Below are positions 1 through 12,378 of a stretch of 64,000 nt of DNA, piece by piece. Under the pieces are notes generated by a model, which made no database searches, had not been told where the DNA came from, and saw only the letters and a program-made list of their open reading frames with translations. Made by a program: the position numbers and the translations under genes. Origin of the DNA: an uncultured Acidobacteriota bacterium (GTDB lineage: Bacteria > Acidobacteriota > UBA6911); the NCBI GenBank assembly GCA_963843575.1, contig CAWJKZ010000012.1, forward strand, positions 96,001 to 160,000, read 5' to 3'. Position 1 is the first letter of the stretch. Each line of letters begins with the position of its first letter.

Positions 1-1207
1 ATCACGAACGCGGGCGGCCCCGGGATCCTGCTGGCGGACGCGTGCGAGGCAAACGGCCTCGCGGTGCCCGAACTCGCCGCCGAGACGCTGCAGGGGCTGA
101 GGGCGCATCCTGCCCCCGCACGCCGCCCTGACCAATCCCGTCGACGTGATCCCGTCGGCCACCCCCGAGCAGTACGCCGGCGCGATCCGGCTCACGGGCG
201 CTGATCCGAACGTCGACGCCGTGATCGTTATCTACCTCCCGCCGCTGCTGCACCCACCGGAGGAAGTCGCCAAGGCCATCGCACAGGCCGCGGGCGATGT
301 GCCGCCGGAGAAGCCGGTCTTGACGGTGCTGATGTCGTCCCGGGGCACGCCCCCCATCGTCAGCCGCGGGACGCGCGGCCAGCTTCCCGCATACGGCTTC
401 CCCGAAAATGCCGCCCTCGCCTTGTCGGCCGCCGAACGATACGGGAGGTGGCGCAAACGCCCGCGAGGGCGCATCCACACCCTGGAGCCGTTCTCGCAGG
501 CTGCGATCCGCGCCGTCGTCGATCGCGTACTGCAGTGCTCCGAGTCTCCGGTGTGGCTGGAACCTGCGGACATGGCAACCATCCTGCGCGCGGCTGGGAT
601 CGAGTACGCGCTGACGCTGGAAGCGCCCGCGGCGGGCGCCGCCGACATGGCCGACCGCATCGGGTACCCGCTCGTGCTCAAGGTCCAGTCCGCCCAGGTC
701 CTGCACAAGAGCGACGTGGGCGGCGTCGTGCTCGGGCTGAAGTCCCGCGCTGATGTCGAGTCCGCCCTCCAGACCCTCGATCGGCGGATGGCCGACATCG
801 GGATGCGTCTCGAAAGGGTGCTGCTGCAGCGCGAAATCATCGGAGGCATAGAGGCGCTCGTCGGGGTGACGACCGACCCGACTTTCGGTCCGCTGCTCGT
901 TTGCGGGTTGGGAGGCGTCCTTGTGGAACTGCTGAAAGACGTCTCGTTCCACCTGTCTCCCGTCAGCGACATCGATGCGGAGGAAATGATCGCCAAACTG
1001 CGCTCCGCGAGGCTGCTGGACGGCTACCGCGGTTCCGTGCCCGGCGACAGACAGGCGCTCGTCCGGGTCATCACGCGGGTGTCGGCGCTGATTGAGCTGA
1101 TACCGGAACTGAGAGAAGTGGACCTGAACCCGGTCAAGGTGCTGGAGCCGGGGAGGGGCGCACAGGTCGTGGACGGCCGTATGCGGATCGCGCGCATAGT
1201 CGGGTAG
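1..1207 (+). CDS. ADP-forming acyl-CoA synthetase / acetate-CoA ligase family, 3' part (5' truncated; frameshift near 100-110)
   Basis: Frame 1 reads ITNAGGPGILLADACE, then shifts into ORF 146..1207 with ATP-grasp motifs GYPLVLK, HKSDVGGV, DPTFGP, EVDLNP. Confidence 0.85.
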
Positions 1208-1272
1208 CCCGGCATCTGGAAGCGGGCTGTAGTTGCAGTTGTGTTCGAGCGGCGCCACACAAGCAAAAACTC

Positions 1273-1342
1273 GCCACGGAGGACACGGAAGAAACACGGA
1301 AAACCACATTTGAGCTTCCGTGTGTTCCGTGCTTTCCGTGGC
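1273..1342. repeat. Palindromic intergenic element, family A (CACGGA/TCCGTG arms)
   Basis: gccacggaggacacggaagaaacacggaa ... ttccgtgtgttccgtgctttccgtggc; similar copy at 59069-59132. Confidence 0.75.
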
Positions 1343-1486
1343 AGGCCTCTGGTTTTGTTACCCAAGAGCCGACTTTTGTGGGCATATGCCGGGGATGTGT
1401 GTAAGGTTGGAGGCTCGACGACGCTTTTCGGGCAGGGCGGCATGACTGCAACGTAGTGGTAGATACATGTAGACGGGGAGCCTGAT

Positions 1487-2998
<1,512 letters not shown>

Positions 2999-3002
2999 CC
3001 TC

Positions 3003-3031
3003 TGGAGTGCGGCGGCTCCGACGCCGCTTTC
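3003..3031. repeat. REP-like palindrome, family B (TGGAGTGCGGCG...CGCCGCTTTC)
   Basis: tggagtgcggcggctccgacgccgctttc just after the permease stop; reverse-orientation copies at 50026-50054 and 55301-55329. Confidence 0.7.
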
Positions 3032-3118
3032 AGGCCGGCGCCTCGGCGCCGGCCGCCTGGACTGGCTCCGCTTCGCCGCCCGCCTGGCCGTTTGCTTTGT
3101 GCGCGCAGTGCGCCGCAC

Positions 3119-3974
3119 TCATCGGATGAGGCTGCGCAGCGTGGCCAGGTTCATGAGGTCTTCGGCGAGGTCTTTTCCCTTGGGGGTTTCCAGGATCTTG
3201 GGGACGTCGACAAAACGGCGGTCGTTGACCAGGCAGCGGAAGGCCTCCAGGCCGAGAAACCCCTGCCCGATGTGGGCGTGACGGTCCACCCGGGACCCGA
3301 GCTCTCTCCTGGAGTCGTTCACGTGAAACGCACTTATCCTGGCGGTTCCGACCACGCGGTGGAAGGCTGCCATGGTTTCCAGGTATCCCTCCTCCGTTCG
3401 GATGTCGTAGCCGGCGGCGAACGTGTGGCATGTGTCCAGGCAGACGCCGACGCGGCCGGACTCGCGCACCCCTTCCAGGATGGCGGCGAGGTGCTCGAAC
3501 CGGTGCCCCAGGCAACTCCCCTGCCCCGCCGTGTTCTCGATCAAGAGCTGGACTGGGGCGGGCACCCGCTCGAGCGCGCGGTTCAGCGTCGCGGAGACGC
3601 GCCTGATCCCGGCCCTCTCGCCGGCACCCATGTGTGCGCCGGGATGCAGGACCAGGGCGCCGACTCCGAGGAAGTTGGCGCGCCGCATCTCCTCGACCAG
3701 GGCTTCGAGCGACTTCCGGCGCAGGGCGGGGTCGGGCGACGCGGGATTGATCAGATAACTGTCGTGCGCAATCACGGCGCGGATACCGCTTCTCAGCTGC
3801 GCCTCCCGGTAGAGCAGCCGGTCCGCGTCGGTGAGGGCACTTCCCCTGCCACTGGTTGCTGTTCTTGAGGAAGACCTGCATCGCGCGACACCCTGCGCGC
3901 GTCCCGTGGTCGAACGCGCGGTGGATGCCGCCGGCGATGGACATGTGGGCACCGACGAGGAGTTCGCGTCTCAT
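3119..3974 (-). CDS. nfo: Endonuclease IV (frameshift near 3840)
   Basis: LVGAHMSIAGG N-terminus in ORF 3030..3974; HDSYLIN, LHPG, IENTAGQG, CLDTCH, HVNDS, DRHAHIG, ILETP in ORF 3119..3952. Confidence 0.92.
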
Positions 3975-4027
3975 GGATTCTCCACCCGTATGATATCATT
4001 AGGGTTTATCGCCCGACAGGACCAGGG

Positions 4028-6106
4028 ATGATCACCAAGCGCTCTATCCTCCTTTTGGGATTGTCAGAAGCCGCGGAGCGGCAGGCCCTCGCTCATTTCA
4101 CGGCCGCCGGTCACGGCGTCCTGACATCCAAACATGGACCGGAATCCGACGCCCTCCTCCGAAACCCGCAGTTGGACGTCGTCTACCTCCAGGGTCCCCG
4201 GGACTCTGAGGCGGTCGCCCTGCTCAATCGGGTGACGACAGTCCAGCCCGCCCTCCCCGTGGTGCTCGTCGCCGCGCAGGAGTCGGCCGCCTTCATCCGG
4301 GAGGCCTGGCACGCCGGCGCGGCCGACGTGCTCTCGCTCCCGCTCTCGGCCCAGAACCTGGACGCCAGCCTCGAGCGTGCGACACGCCCGCCCGCCGGCC
4401 CGGACCGGGCCGGGGCCGAAGTGCAGGCCCGGTTCCGCTATCTGGACGAAACCGGCAAGGAGCGTTGGGCAGCCATCGTCCCGCCGCGCTTCACAATCGG
4501 GCGCAGCTCGGCCAACGACCTGGTCCTGACCCAGATGAGCATCTCCCGTGCCCAGGCCGAGGTCCTCGTCCAGGACGGCGAATACATCGTGCGCGACCTC
4601 GGCAGCAAACACGGGACGTTTCTGAACGGGACCCGCGTCGAACAGGCCAAACTGAACAACGGGGATCGCGTCCAGCTCGGAGGGTTGCAGGGCCCGAGCC
4701 TCACGTTCCACCGGGGCGACCTGCTCCAGTCGCTGCTCGGCTTCTCCGAGTCCACGCCCGAGGTCAGCAGCATCTCGGTGCGCGGATTCCGCGAGATCGG
4801 CATGCTGCTCGCGACGCTGCGTGCGCTCAGCTCGATCCCGCTGCTGGACGACCTGCTCGCCCTTGTCGTCGACACCGCCATCGAGTTGACCGGCGCGGAA
4901 CGCGGATTCATCATGCTGAAGGACGACGACGACAACCTTACGTTCCGCTGCGCGCGCAACAGCTACAAGCGCCCGCTCGACGGCTCGTCGTTCCAGACCA
5001 GCCGCCGCGTCCCGGACGAGGTCTTCAGGACCGGCAAGCGCGTCGTGATCAACGATCTGGATTTCGGCGACAATCCGGACGACCACAGCTCGACCCGACG
5101 CCTCGGGCTGCGCAGCATTTTCTGCGTCCCGCTGCGCTACCTGGCATTCCACGAGTCGGGCAACCAGTCGGGCATCGGCCGCATGGAGACCATCGGCGTG
5201 CTGTACGTCGACAGCCAGAGTATCGGGACGGGACTGTCCAACACCCAGCTCGACGCGCTCGAGACGCTCGCCTCGGAAGCGGCCATGGCCATCTACAACG
5301 CGCGGCTCTACCGGGACTCGCAGGAGAAACGCAAGATGGACGAGGAACTCGCCATCGCCCGCGAGATCCAGCAGGCGCTGCTCCCTAATCCGATCAAGGT
5401 CCTCCCCTTCGTCACCGCCCACAGCCAGAACTTCCCCTGCCATGAAGTGGGCGGGGATTACTTCGACTACTTCGACATGGACGGCGGCCGGCTTGGCTTC
5501 GCCCTGGGCGACGTGGCCGGCAAGGGAATGCCCGCGGCGCTGTTGACCTCGATGATCCAGGGCATCTTCTCGGCCCAGACGCTGCTCGACCTGCCCCTCC
5601 CCGCCGTGATCTCCAACGTCAACCGCAACCTCGTCAAACGGGGCACCGGCAACCGGTTTGTGACCTTTTTCTTCGGCATTCTCGATCCCGAGGGAAACTG
5701 CACCTACACCAACGCCGGGCACAATCCCCCGTTCGTCCTCGGCCGGGACGGAACCCTGCAGGAACTCACCGAGGGGGGAATGGTGCTCGGGCTGTTCGGA
5801 TCCGCCCAGTACGAGTCCAAGACCGTCAAACTGCAGGCCGGCGACCACGTCGTCCTCTACACCGACGGCGTCCTCGAAGCCCGCAACACCGCCGGGGACG
5901 AGTTCGGCGACGAGCGCCTGCGCGCGCTCCTGAAGGCAAACCGCAGCTCGTCCAGCGCCGAGATCCTCGCCCGCCTGCAGGAGGCCATCACGCTTTTTTC
6001 CACCAATACCCCGCAACACGACGACATCACGATGATGGTCCTCGGGTACCAGGAAGCCGCGGCCGGAGCGCCCGCGGCCGCCCGGGAGCCCAGCCTGCGA
6101 GGTTGA
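4028..6106 (+). CDS. SpoIIE/RsbU-type PP2C phosphatase with degenerate receiver, FHA and GAF domains
   Basis: Receiver-like N-terminus; FHA TIGRS..ISR..DLGSKHGTFLNG; GAF (GAERGFIML, IGVLYVDS); PP2C VGGDYFD, GDVAGKG, LYTDG, HDDIT. Confidence 0.88.
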   Translation: MITKRSILLLGLSEAAERQALAHFTAAGHGVLTSKHGPESDALLRNPQLDVVYLQGPRDSEAVALLNRVTTVQPALPVVLVAAQESAAFIREAWHAGAADVLSLPLSAQNLDASLERATRPPAGPDRAGAEVQARFRYLDETGKERWAAIVPPRFTIGRSSANDLVLTQMSISRAQAEVLVQDGEYIVRDLGSKHGTFLNGTRVEQAKLNNGDRVQLGGLQGPSLTFHRGDLLQSLLGFSESTPEVSSISVRGFREIGMLLATLRALSSIPLLDDLLALVVDTAIELTGAERGFIMLKDDDDNLTFRCARNSYKRPLDGSSFQTSRRVPDEVFRTGKRVVINDLDFGDNPDDHSSTRRLGLRSIFCVPLRYLAFHESGNQSGIGRMETIGVLYVDSQSIGTGLSNTQLDALETLASEAAMAIYNARLYRDSQEKRKMDEELAIAREIQQALLPNPIKVLPFVTAHSQNFPCHEVGGDYFDYFDMDGGRLGFALGDVAGKGMPAALLTSMIQGIFSAQTLLDLPLPAVISNVNRNLVKRGTGNRFVTFFFGILDPEGNCTYTNAGHNPPFVLGRDGTLQELTEGGMVLGLFGSAQYESKTVKLQAGDHVVLYTDGVLEARNTAGDEFGDERLRALLKANRSSSSAEILARLQEAITLFSTNTPQHDDITMMVLGYQEAAAGAPAAAREPSLRG

Positions 6107-6142
6107 CACGACCGGGCAGCTGTTCGGGAAGGCTCCTGTCCT

Positions 6143-6922
6143 ATGCCGCGTTTCAAGTTCGTCATCGAATACCAGGGCACCCGCTACCACGGGTGGCAGA
6201 TCCAGAAGAACGCGCGCACCGTCCAGGGCGACATCGTCGCAGCCCTCGCGAAACTGACCGGGCGGAGCGATTTCGAGTTCTACGGCGCGGGGAGAACCGA
6301 CGCGGGAGTCCATGCGCTGCGGCAGGTGGCCCACCTCGACATCGCCGTCCCACTCGAGGCCGAGGGGCTGAGGCGGCAGCTGAACGACGAACTCCCCCCG
6401 GACATCCACATCCTGCAGGTCGAGCCCGCGCACCCCCGTTTCCACGCGCGGCACCACGCGGTGTCCCGCAGCTACTTGTACCAGATCTCGCGCAGGCGAA
6501 CGGCGTTTGGGAAAAAACTCGTGTGGTGGGTGAAGGAAGAGCTTGACCTGGACGCGATGAGAGGCGCGGCGGCGCTCTTCGTCGGGATGCGGAATTTCCG
6601 CTCATTTGCCGCCGAGGACGGCGACGACACCTCAGCCAAGGTCCTTATCGAGAGGGTCGAGGTCGCCGCAGCCGGGAACCTGATCCTGGTCCGGGTCGAG
6701 GGCTCCCACTTCCTCTGGAAAATGGTGCGCCGCATCGTCGGCGTGCTCGTCGAGGTCGGCAAGGGGAACCTCACCGTCCAGGACGTACGCGGCTTTCTCG
6801 ACACACGGTCGGAAGAACCTGCGAAGCTGGCCGCGCCCGCATCCGGGCTGTTCCTCGAACGGGTCTACTACGAGGGCGATCGCAGGCTGGAGGTTCTTTC
6901 CCCGGTGTTGCCGGTAGAGTAA
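6143..6922 (+). CDS. truA: tRNA pseudouridine(38-40) synthase
   Basis: EYQGTRYHGWQ, AGRTDAGVHA, FHAR, FLWKMVR, GLFL. Confidence 0.93.
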   Translation: MPRFKFVIEYQGTRYHGWQIQKNARTVQGDIVAALAKLTGRSDFEFYGAGRTDAGVHALRQVAHLDIAVPLEAEGLRRQLNDELPPDIHILQVEPAHPRFHARHHAVSRSYLYQISRRRTAFGKKLVWWVKEELDLDAMRGAAALFVGMRNFRSFAAEDGDDTSAKVLIERVEVAAAGNLILVRVEGSHFLWKMVRRIVGVLVEVGKGNLTVQDVRGFLDTRSEEPAKLAAPASGLFLERVYYEGDRRLEVLSPVLPVE

Positions 6923-6995
6923 GTGGGCCGCGGCGGCCCGCCACGGCCCGTAATCAGCAAATCCCGTGCGGTACTTGATACTGCCCGGTTGCAGC

Positions 6996-8108
6996 TCATC
7001 GGGGAGACGTCGGGCCGTCTTCGCCCACGTGCGAACCGAGCCAGAGATCTATGGGGCGCACCGCGTCGGTCCGGAACGGGAGCTCGATGCGCCGGTTGCC
7101 CCCGGCGGAGGCATACGCGGCCTGCACCAGCTCGAGCACCGCGCGCCCGTCCTCCCCGGTCTCGACCGGCTCCTTGTCGTTCCGGACGCAATCGACGAAG
7201 TGCGCCATTTCCTGAGGGAAGCCGTAGTTCCAGACTTCTTCCCACGTGGTGTAGGTCCAGCCGCGCGACGTGGACGCCTTCTCGACCACGTACCCGTACC
7301 CAGGTTCGCTGTAGGTCTGGATGGCGTTGCCCATGTGCAGGTTGGCATAGCAGCACCCGCCTGATCCAAACACCTCGACGCGGTCGTCCATGCCGCCCAC
7401 TCGCGCCCAGCTCTCCTCGGCGAGACCTTCGGCGCCGTTGTCGAACCGGACGACAATCGTGGCCGTGTCGTCGCCCCGCGTCTTGTCGGAGTGCACGAAG
7501 GTCCCCATGTCGGCCAGCACCGAAACCGCCCGCGGCTTGCCGTAGAACCAGCGGAAGAACTCCAGGGCGTGACACCCCATGTCCATCGTGACGCCGCCGC
7601 CGCTGCGCCGCACGTCCCAGAACCAAGGGGCATGCGGGCCACCGTGCTTTTCGCTCTGCTTGACCAGGTACACGCGGCCGAAGGCGCCCTCCTCGGCGAG
7701 CTGCTTGACCCGCACGTACTTCGGGGTGAAGCAGAGTTCCTCGGCGTACATGCACTTCACCGATGCCTTGCGGCAGGCTTCGATCATCCGGTCGGCCTCC
7801 GCCATGTTCATCGCGAAGGGCTTTTCCACGATGACGTGCTTGCCGGCCGCCGCGCAGTCCAGCGTCATGGCGCAGTGCAGGTCGTTGGGTCCGGAAATGG
7901 CGACCAGCGAGATCTCTTCCATCTCCAGCATCTTCCGGTAGTCAGTGAACCAGTGGGCCATGCCGTGCCTCTGCGCGAAAGGACGGACGTGGGATTCCGT
8001 GGGCGAGGCGACGGCGAACAGCTCGGCCTCGGGCACGAGCTTGAAACTCTCCGCGTGGATGTCCGCCTGGAACTGTGATCCGATGAGTCCGACACGCACC
8101 CTCGACAT
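6996..8108 (-). CDS. Gfo/Idh/MocA family oxidoreductase
   Basis: VGLIG N-terminus, GKHVIVEKP, GGGVTMDMGCH. Confidence 0.88.
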   Translation of the reverse strand: MSRVRVGLIGSQFQADIHAESFKLVPEAELFAVASPTESHVRPFAQRHGMAHWFTDYRKMLEMEEISLVAISGPNDLHCAMTLDCAAAGKHVIVEKPFAMNMAEADRMIEACRKASVKCMYAEELCFTPKYVRVKQLAEEGAFGRVYLVKQSEKHGGPHAPWFWDVRRSGGGVTMDMGCHALEFFRWFYGKPRAVSVLADMGTFVHSDKTRGDDTATIVVRFDNGAEGLAEESWARVGGMDDRVEVFGSGGCCYANLHMGNAIQTYSEPGYGYVVEKASTSRGWTYTTWEEVWNYGFPQEMAHFVDCVRNDKEPVETGEDGRAVLELVQAAYASAGGNRRIELPFRTDAVRPIDLWLGSHVGEDGPTSPR

Positions 8109-8148
8109 TTGGAAGCCTCCGAAACTGCGAATATCAGGTAACCGGGTG

Positions 8149-9420
8149 TCAAATCACGGTTCCGCTGTGGATCAACGCACCCTTGGGAACGACGATGATG
8201 CCGTCGCGGATGGAGTAGCTTTCCTCGTCTTTTTCCTGGAGGTTGTGCGCATTGATGATCGAGACGTTGTCGCCGATCCGCGTGTTCTTGTCGATGATGG
8301 CTTTGATGATCGTGCAGTGGTTGCCGATACCGATGTTCGGGATACCCATCGCTGCGTTCTCGGCCATGTCCTGGGTCGTCTCGTAGCGGTCCGCCCCCAT
8401 GATGATCGAATTCTTCACCGTGGAGCCGCCGCCGATGCGACTCCTGACCCCGATCACCGAGTGCTTGATGTCCGCTCCGTTCAAGATGCAGCCTTCGGTG
8501 ATGATCGACTGGTGTATGCTGCAGTTGTTGAGCTTGGAGCCGGGCAGGTTGCGCGGGTGGGTGTAGACGGGCATCTGGTTGCTGTAGAAATTGAACGGGG
8601 GCAGGCTGCCGGTCAACCCGAGGTTGGCCTCGTAGAACGACCGGATGGTCCCGATGTCCGTCCAGTAGCCGTCGAACACGTAGGCGCGGACGCGACGCCT
8701 GTGAATCGACTCGGGGAAGACCTCCTTGCCGAAATCCATGGCGCTCGATTCGGTCAGCAGGCTGATCAGGAAGTCTTTGCGGAAGATGTAAATCCCCATG
8801 CTGGCCAGGTAGGGGCGCGAACCGTTTTCGGTGGTCTGGCAGCTCGGCAAAACGCAGCGCAGCCCGTCCAGCTCGTCGGGCTTCGGCTTTTCGCGGAAGG
8901 TGACCACCTCGGCTTTCGGTCCCAGCTTCATGATCCCCATGCTCGACGCGAGCTCCGCGGGGACGGGGAAGGCCGCCACCGTGATCTCCGCGTCGCTGTC
9001 GATGTGAAACTGGATCATCTGCCGGAAATCCATCTGATACAGCTGATCACCGGAAAGGATGATGATGTATTCCACGTCGTATGGGGCAAAGTGCTTGATG
9101 CTCTGGCGCACCGCGTCGGCCGTGCCCTGGTACCAGTTCGCGTTGTCGGGCGTCTGCTCCGCCGCCAGGATGTCGACGAAACCGCCGTTGAACATGTCGA
9201 ACTTGTAGGTCTGCACGATGTGCTTGTTCAGGGAGGCGGAGTTGAACTGGGTAAGAACAAATATCTTATTGATGCCCGAGTTGAGGCAGTTGCTGATTGG
9301 GATGTCGATGATCCGGTATTTCCCCGCCAGCGGCACAGCCGGCTTGCTGCGCATTCCAGTCAAGGGATACAAGCGCTGCCCGCGGCCGCCACCCAGCACA
9401 ATTCCGAGTACGTCCTGCAT
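8149..9420 (-). CDS. glgC: Glucose-1-phosphate adenylyltransferase
   Basis: Start MQDVLGIVLGGGRGQRLYPLT; KPAVP, WYQGTADAV, ILSGDQLY, ASMGIY, YWTDIGT. Confidence 0.95.
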   Translation of the reverse strand: MQDVLGIVLGGGRGQRLYPLTGMRSKPAVPLAGKYRIIDIPISNCLNSGINKIFVLTQFNSASLNKHIVQTYKFDMFNGGFVDILAAEQTPDNANWYQGTADAVRQSIKHFAPYDVEYIIILSGDQLYQMDFRQMIQFHIDSDAEITVAAFPVPAELASSMGIMKLGPKAEVVTFREKPKPDELDGLRCVLPSCQTTENGSRPYLASMGIYIFRKDFLISLLTESSAMDFGKEVFPESIHRRRVRAYVFDGYWTDIGTIRSFYEANLGLTGSLPPFNFYSNQMPVYTHPRNLPGSKLNNCSIHQSIITEGCILNGADIKHSVIGVRSRIGGGSTVKNSIIMGADRYETTQDMAENAAMGIPNIGIGNHCTIIKAIIDKNTRIGDNVSIINAHNLQEKDEESYSIRDGIIVVPKGALIHSGTVI

Positions 9421-9585
9421 CGTCCCCCCCTTGGTCCGGCCCCGATTATAGCAGGTTGCCCGTGGGAGCAAAATCGTACGGGCCGCCGAGCAGCTCACTC
9501 CGTCGGCGCTCCCCTCGGCGTCCGTCGGCGTGCCGGTCGCGGGATGTTCTCCACTCGACGACATGCGTCCCGGCCCGGCCCGCGG

Positions 9586-10212
9586 CTATTTGCGGCGGTT
9601 GCGGAGCTCGCGGGCGACCTGTTCGAGCGAGACGTCTGCCTGGGCGAGACCGACGAGGAGGTGATACAACAGATCGGAGGCCTCCCGGATCAACTCCTCC
9701 CGATCGGCGCTGACCCCGGCCACGACGGTCTCCACGGCCTCTTCTCCGATCTTCTGGAAGATGCGTTTCGGGCCGCGCTCAAACAGCTTCGTCGTATAGG
9801 AACCTTCGGGCCGCTCGGCCTTGCGCCGGGCGATCGTCCTTTCAAGCTCGCCGAGGATAAGGCCGACCGGCTCGCGGTCGGCGCCCGCGAATCCCTCCAC
9901 CGGGTCGGAAAAGCAGGAACGGCTTCCCGTGTGGCATGCGGGGCCCCGGGGTTCGACCCGGATCACCAGCGCGTCCCGGTCGCAGTCCGCCGTGACGCTG
10001 ACCACCTTCTGCACGTGGCCGGAGGTCTCCCCCTTGTGCCACAGTTCCTGGCGGCTGCGGCTGAAGAAGACGGTTTCTCCCAACGCGCGTGTGCGCTCCA
10101 GGCTTTCCCGGCTGACGTAGGCCACCGTCAGCACTTCCCCGGTAGCCGCGTCCTGTACCACGGCGGGGACGAGCCCGTCGCGGTCCCAGCGCATCTCGTC
10201 CAGTTTTGCCAT
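9586..10212 (-). CDS. hisIE: Phosphoribosyl-AMP cyclohydrolase / phosphoribosyl-ATP pyrophosphatase
   Basis: [42 protein letters not shown]. Confidence 0.95.
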   Translation of the reverse strand: MAKLDEMRWDRDGLVPAVVQDAATGEVLTVAYVSRESLERTRALGETVFFSRSRQELWHKGETSGHVQKVVSVTADCDRDALVIRVEPRGPACHTGSRSCFSDPVEGFAGADREPVGLILGELERTIARRKAERPEGSYTTKLFERGPKRIFQKIGEEAVETVVAGVSADREELIREASDLLYHLLVGLAQADVSLEQVARELRNRRK

Positions 10213-10226
10213 ACGCTACCCCCCGG

Positions 10227-11006
10227 CTATGCCCGGCAGCGGACGGGAATGCCGCGGTCGCGCAGGAACTGCTTGGCCTCCGCGATGGTGTGCTGCCCGT
10301 AGTGAAAGATGGAAGCGGCCAGCGCGGCGCTGGCCCTGCCCTCGGTAAACGCCTCCGCCAGGTGCTCCAGCGAGCCGCAGCCGCCGGAGGCGATCACCGG
10401 GATGCCCACCTGCTCGGCCACGGCGCGGTTCAGGACGTTGTCGTAGCCGGCCTGGGTGCCGTCCCGGTCCATCGACGTCAGGAGAATTTCCCCCGCCCCG
10501 AGCTCCGCGGCTGTGCGGGCCCAGGAGACGGCCTCGAGCGTGGTGAGCGTGCGCCCGCCGTGGGTCGTGACTTCCCACCGCGGGGGGTCGCCGGGCGGGG
10601 CAGGGATGCGCCGCGCGTCGATGGCCACCACGATGCACTGCGAACCGAAGTACCGCGCGGCCTCGCGGACAAGCCCCGGGTTCTCCACCGCCGACGTGTT
10701 GAGCGAGACCTTGTCCGCGCCCGCGCGCAGGATGTCCCGAATGTCGTCGAGCGAGCGCAGGCCTCCCCCCACCGTGAACGGGATGAAGACGGTGTCGGCC
10801 ACATCGCGCACCATGCGGGTCACGATGTTCCGGCGGTCGGACGACGCCGTGATGTCGAGAAAGACGAGTTCGTCCGCGCCGGCCGCGTCGTAACGGGCGG
10901 CCGCCTCGACGGGGTCGCCCGCGTCCTTGAGGTTCACGAAGTGGGTCCCCTTGACGACCCGCCCGTCGCGCACGTCCAGGCAAGGGATTATTCTTTTGGC
11001 CAGCAT
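10227..11006 (-). CDS. hisF: Imidazole glycerol phosphate synthase cyclase subunit
   Basis: [42 protein letters not shown]. Confidence 0.97.
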   Translation of the reverse strand: MLAKRIIPCLDVRDGRVVKGTHFVNLKDAGDPVEAAARYDAAGADELVFLDITASSDRRNIVTRMVRDVADTVFIPFTVGGGLRSLDDIRDILRAGADKVSLNTSAVENPGLVREAARYFGSQCIVVAIDARRIPAPPGDPPRWEVTTHGGRTLTTLEAVSWARTAAELGAGEILLTSMDRDGTQAGYDNVLNRAVAEQVGIPVIASGGCGSLEHLAEAFTEGRASAALAASIFHYGQHTIAEAKQFLRDRGIPVRCRA

Positions 11007-11010
11007 CCGG

Positions 11011-11746
11011 TCACCACCCTCGAAGGTCCGCGCGCAGTTGTCCGAAGTCGAGTTTTCTCTCGTAGAGGGCGCGACCCAGGATGACGCCTTCGATCCCCGT
11101 CTCGCGCAGCGTCCCAGAGCCTGCGGACGTCATCCGCGCCCGGAGACCCCGCCGCTGGCAATGACCTTCAGCCCCGATTGTCTGGCGAGGGCGGCGGTTT
11201 CCTCGATATTGACCCCGGTCAACATGCCGTCCCGGGCGATGTCGGTGTAGACGACGCGCTCCACGCCCAGGCCGCTCATCCGCCTCGCCAGCTCCAGCGC
11301 GCTGAGCGAGGATTGCTCGACCCACCCCTGCACGGCCACCCGGCCGCCCGCGCGCGTCGATGCCGACGACCACCGCCGCGCCGTGCCGCCGCACGGCCTC
11401 CTCGACGATCTCCGGCTGTTTCAGCGCGACCGTCCCGACCACTACCCGGTCGGCGCCCAGCGCCAGGACACGCTCGATCTGTCTCCAGCGTGCGCAAGCC
11501 CGCCGCCGAACTGCACCGGGATGCGCAGCGCCGGAACAGCGACCGCGCAATCGAGGCGTGCCTCGCGTCCCCCGCAAAGGCCCCGTCGAGATCGACCACA
11601 TGGAGCCGCGACGCGCCCAGCTCCTGCCAGCGCAGCGCGATGGCCACCGGGTCGTCGCCATACTCGGTGGCGCTCGCCGCCTCCCCTTCGCGCAGCCGCA
11701 CGCACTTGCCCCCCTTCAGATCGATCGCCGGGATCAGTTCGAACAT
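11011..11746 (-). CDS. hisA: ProFAR isomerase (several frameshifts)
   Basis: [59 protein letters not shown] spread over three frames. Confidence 0.9.
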
Positions 11747-12375
11747 CGCCCCTCGCCGCACCCGACGCGCAGGAAGTTGCGCAGCAGCCGCTTGCCCGCA
11801 TCCTGGCTCTTCTCGGGGTGGAACTGCGCGCCCCAGGCGTTGCCGTTGCGCGCCACCGAACAGAAGCGGAGCCCGTAGTCTGTCCAGCCGAGGACGCTGC
11901 CGGGGCTTGCGGGCTCGACGTAGAACGAGTGCACGAAATAGAAATAGTCCCCCTCGGGGATGCCTTCGAGCAGCGGGTCGGGGCGCAGCCCCTCGACCTG
12001 GTTCCAGCCGACGTGGGGCACGCGAACCCCCGCGGGCAGCTTCCGGACGCGGCCCGGGATGATGCCGAGGCCGGGATGATGACCGAATTCCTCGCCCTCG
12101 TCAAACAGGAGCTGCAGGCCGAGGCAGAGGCCGAGCAGCGGAGTCCCGCCGCCGACCGACTCCAGTATGGCCGCGTCCAGGCCGGCTTCCCTGAGGTTAC
12201 GCATCGCGTCGCCAAACGCACCGACGCCCGGCAGCACCAGCCGCCGGCTCTGCCGCACTCGCGCGGGATCGCCGGTCACCTCCGGCGAGCCGCCCACGGC
12301 GCTGAACGCCTTCTGCACGCTGCGGAGGTTCCCCATCCCGTAGTCTACGATGGTCAGGTCGACCGGGGCGGCCAT
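11734..12375 (-). CDS. hisH: Imidazole glycerol phosphate synthase glutaminase subunit
   Basis: [37 protein letters not shown]. Confidence 0.96.
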   Translation of the reverse strand: MAAPVDLTIVDYGMGNLRSVQKAFSAVGGSPEVTGDPARVRQSRRLVLPGVGAFGDAMRNLREAGLDAAILESVGGGTPLLGLCLGLQLLFDEGEEFGHHPGLGIIPGRVRKLPAGVRVPHVGWNQVEGLRPDPLLEGIPEGDYFYFVHSFYVEPASPGSVLGWTDYGLRFCSVARNGNAWGAQFHPEKSQDAGKRLLRNFLRVGCGEGRCSN

Positions 12376-12378
12376 GTG

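Noticed and set aside
7945-10302. Long plus-strand ORFs opposite glgC/his and similar antisense ORFs elsewhere
   Set aside because: Antisense shadows typical of high-GC coding DNA, with no recognisable motifs.
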